A stretch of 64,000 nucleotides of DNA. Source: Trypanosoma brucei. Lineage: Eukaryota. Below, piece after piece: positions 62,711 to 64,000 of the stretch (positions are counted from its first letter, which is position 1; every line of letters begins with the position of its first letter). Both the position numbers and the translations under genes were made by a program. The stretch covers positions 384,001 to 448,000 of the forward strand of contig CM000207.1 of the NCBI GenBank assembly GCA_000002445.1, written 5' to 3'. Below the pieces are notes generated by a model that worked only from the letters and a program-made list of their open reading frames with translations, was not told where the DNA came from and ran no database searches.

Positions 62711-64000
62711 TCACAGGGATAAAATGCCCTTGAGTTCCCGCAGCACTTCTTCAAAACGATTCTCTGCAGAATCCAGTCCACAATCCACTCGTTCCTGTCG
62801 TAGTGCCTCCCCGCGCGCTGTGAGAGCGGCTTGCATGGACTCTAGTGTCCAGGTTCCATTAAAGGAGAAAACTTCTTCATTCCCACGGCGTTGTGGGCGG
62901 GAGATGATGCCAATGTCCGCAAAACCATCGATGGCCGACGAAATCCCTGCCGCATTCATTGACGGGAATCTTTGTTGGCCCATTAGTGCTGTATACAGGC
63001 GGTGCACAACCCGCGTCGTGAAGGTGCCGGGAACTACTGGACCCGGCTCTGCCGCGGAGTATGAGCCGAACGAAGACCCAATGGCCGTTTTGTTTTGCCG
63101 CCGCCCAACAGCGGAGGTGCTACCGATGCTCACCTTTGCGATTTGACTGTCTCGTTGTTGCCGCAGCATAAGTACAACGAGACAACTAAGGACGTAGAGC
63201 ATTTGCTCCGGCATTGCCGACACATATTCGAAGACACGGTCGCCAACAGAGTCGGGTCCACGGAGTATTTTTTGGCTCTGAGCCAATGTGATGAGCGCCG
63301 CTGGGACCCCGGGAGAGTTTCCACCAGGAGCAGTTGCCCCCGCCAGTTCACGGCTGCCCCGCGGCGTCTCACCGCCCTCGGTGGACACACGCCCCTTAGG
63401 AGGGACACTTTTCTTCTGTTCCTCTACGGCCGTGTGAATCAATCGTCGGCACATGACGGCCACTTGCCGCACATCACCCGAAAACTCAACAAGGGCCTTA
63501 CGAGCGATGTATCTAATGAGTCCCGGACTAAGCTGCACCTGTTCCTTCTCCTTCCGTGTGAAATGGGCAGCGGCGACGATGTGATTACCAATACTTTCTA
63601 ACATCTCGGCGCTGTAAGCCTCAAAAGGCAACTCCTTTAGTAACATGTGGGGGACGTGCACGAACTCCCGCTGGTTCGATATGAATACGAGGGCGAGTTG
63701 TGAGGCGTACTCAGCCGATAGTTCGGCTAGGGATGCAAGCGCTCCGCGTGCGGCGGCGCGAACGTATTCCACCTCATCGAGTACAAGAACATGCAGTGGT
63801 GTCTTCACCGTAGTCTTTGTCAACCCCGCAGTTGGGAGTCCCTCTTCTATTGGTTGTTGGTCGTAGTGCTTAAGTAGTTCGCGGCTGCGGCGCCTCATTG
63901 CCGAAACTCGCTTCGGAATACCCCCGACCGCATTTACGAGGGTGCGAGTCTGCGCATCCAAGCGAACCTGTGAACTGCAAAATGTTTCACTAATGGAATC
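62711..64000 (-). CDS. AAA+ ATPase, ORC1/Cdc6-like, truncated at the N-terminus by the window edge
   Basis: ...TPLHVLVLDEVEY (Walker B/DExD) ...QLALVFISNQREF (sensor-1-like IgIaN) ... organisation resembles Orc/Cdc6 initiators. The frame remains open to position 64000, and the track start at 63961 is TTG, not ATG. The stop at 62711-62713 was verified. Confidence 0.55.
   Translation of the reverse strand, partial: DSISETFCSSQVRLDAQTRTLVNAVGGIPKRVSAMRRRSRELLKHYDQQPIEEGLPTAGLTKTTVKTPLHVLVLDEVEYVRAAARGALASLAELSAEYASQLALVFISNQREFVHVPHMLLKELPFEAYSAEMLESIGNHIVAAAHFTRKEKEQVQLSPGLIRYIARKALVEFSGDVRQVAVMCRRLIHTAVEEQKKSVPPKGRVSTEGGETPRGSRELAGATAPGGNSPGVPAALITLAQSQKILRGPDSVGDRVFEYVSAMPEQMLYVLSCLVVLMLRQQRDSQIAKVSIGSTSAVGRRQNKTAIGSSFGSYSAAEPGPVVPGTFTTRVVHRLYTALMGQQRFPSMNAAGISSAIDGFADIGIISRPQRRGNEEVFSFNGTWTLESMQAALTARGEALRQERVDCGLDSAENRFEEVLRELKGILSL

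Overview
This window reads as a kinetoplastid (Trypanosoma) chromosome-core segment. Codon usage, microsatellite-rich intergenic DNA and an ingi/L1Tc-type retroelement fit the T. brucei group best, but T. congolense or T. cruzi cannot be excluded from sequence alone. Every credible protein-coding gene lies on the minus strand, so the region is one polycistronic transcription unit read from high to low coordinates. It is interrupted by a single plus-strand, degenerate ingi/L1Tc-clade non-LTR retrotransposon (about 46845-51954) that carries the 2A-like DVEENPGP peptide. Genes called, in transcription order (high to low coordinates): a partial ORC/Cdc6-like AAA+ ATPase; ribosomal protein eL38; a kynureninase-like PLP enzyme whose Schiff-base lysine is replaced by arginine; a 704-aa hypothetical protein; a Sec1/Munc18-family protein; the retroelement; a NIT2-like omega-amidase; an alpha/beta-hydrolase-like protein; a 1124-aa coiled-coil protein; small hypothetical proteins; a WD40 protein; two tandem identical uL29/RPL35 genes; a hypothetical protein; a SLY1 homologue; a roughly 2977-aa HECT E3 ligase with two SPRY domains and two RanBP2 zinc fingers; a roughly 4480-aa protein made almost entirely of FN3-like beta-sandwich repeats; a 731-aa protein with a zinc ribbon; and a partial gene at the left edge. 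The supplied ORF track evidently accepts TTG and GTG starts, so several ORFs begin upstream of the first ATG; CDS starts below are trimmed to the first in-frame ATG, which was checked in the DNA. No tRNA, rRNA, CRISPR or clear snoRNA could be supported by eye. No homology search or profile comparison was run, and all family assignments rest on recalled motifs.
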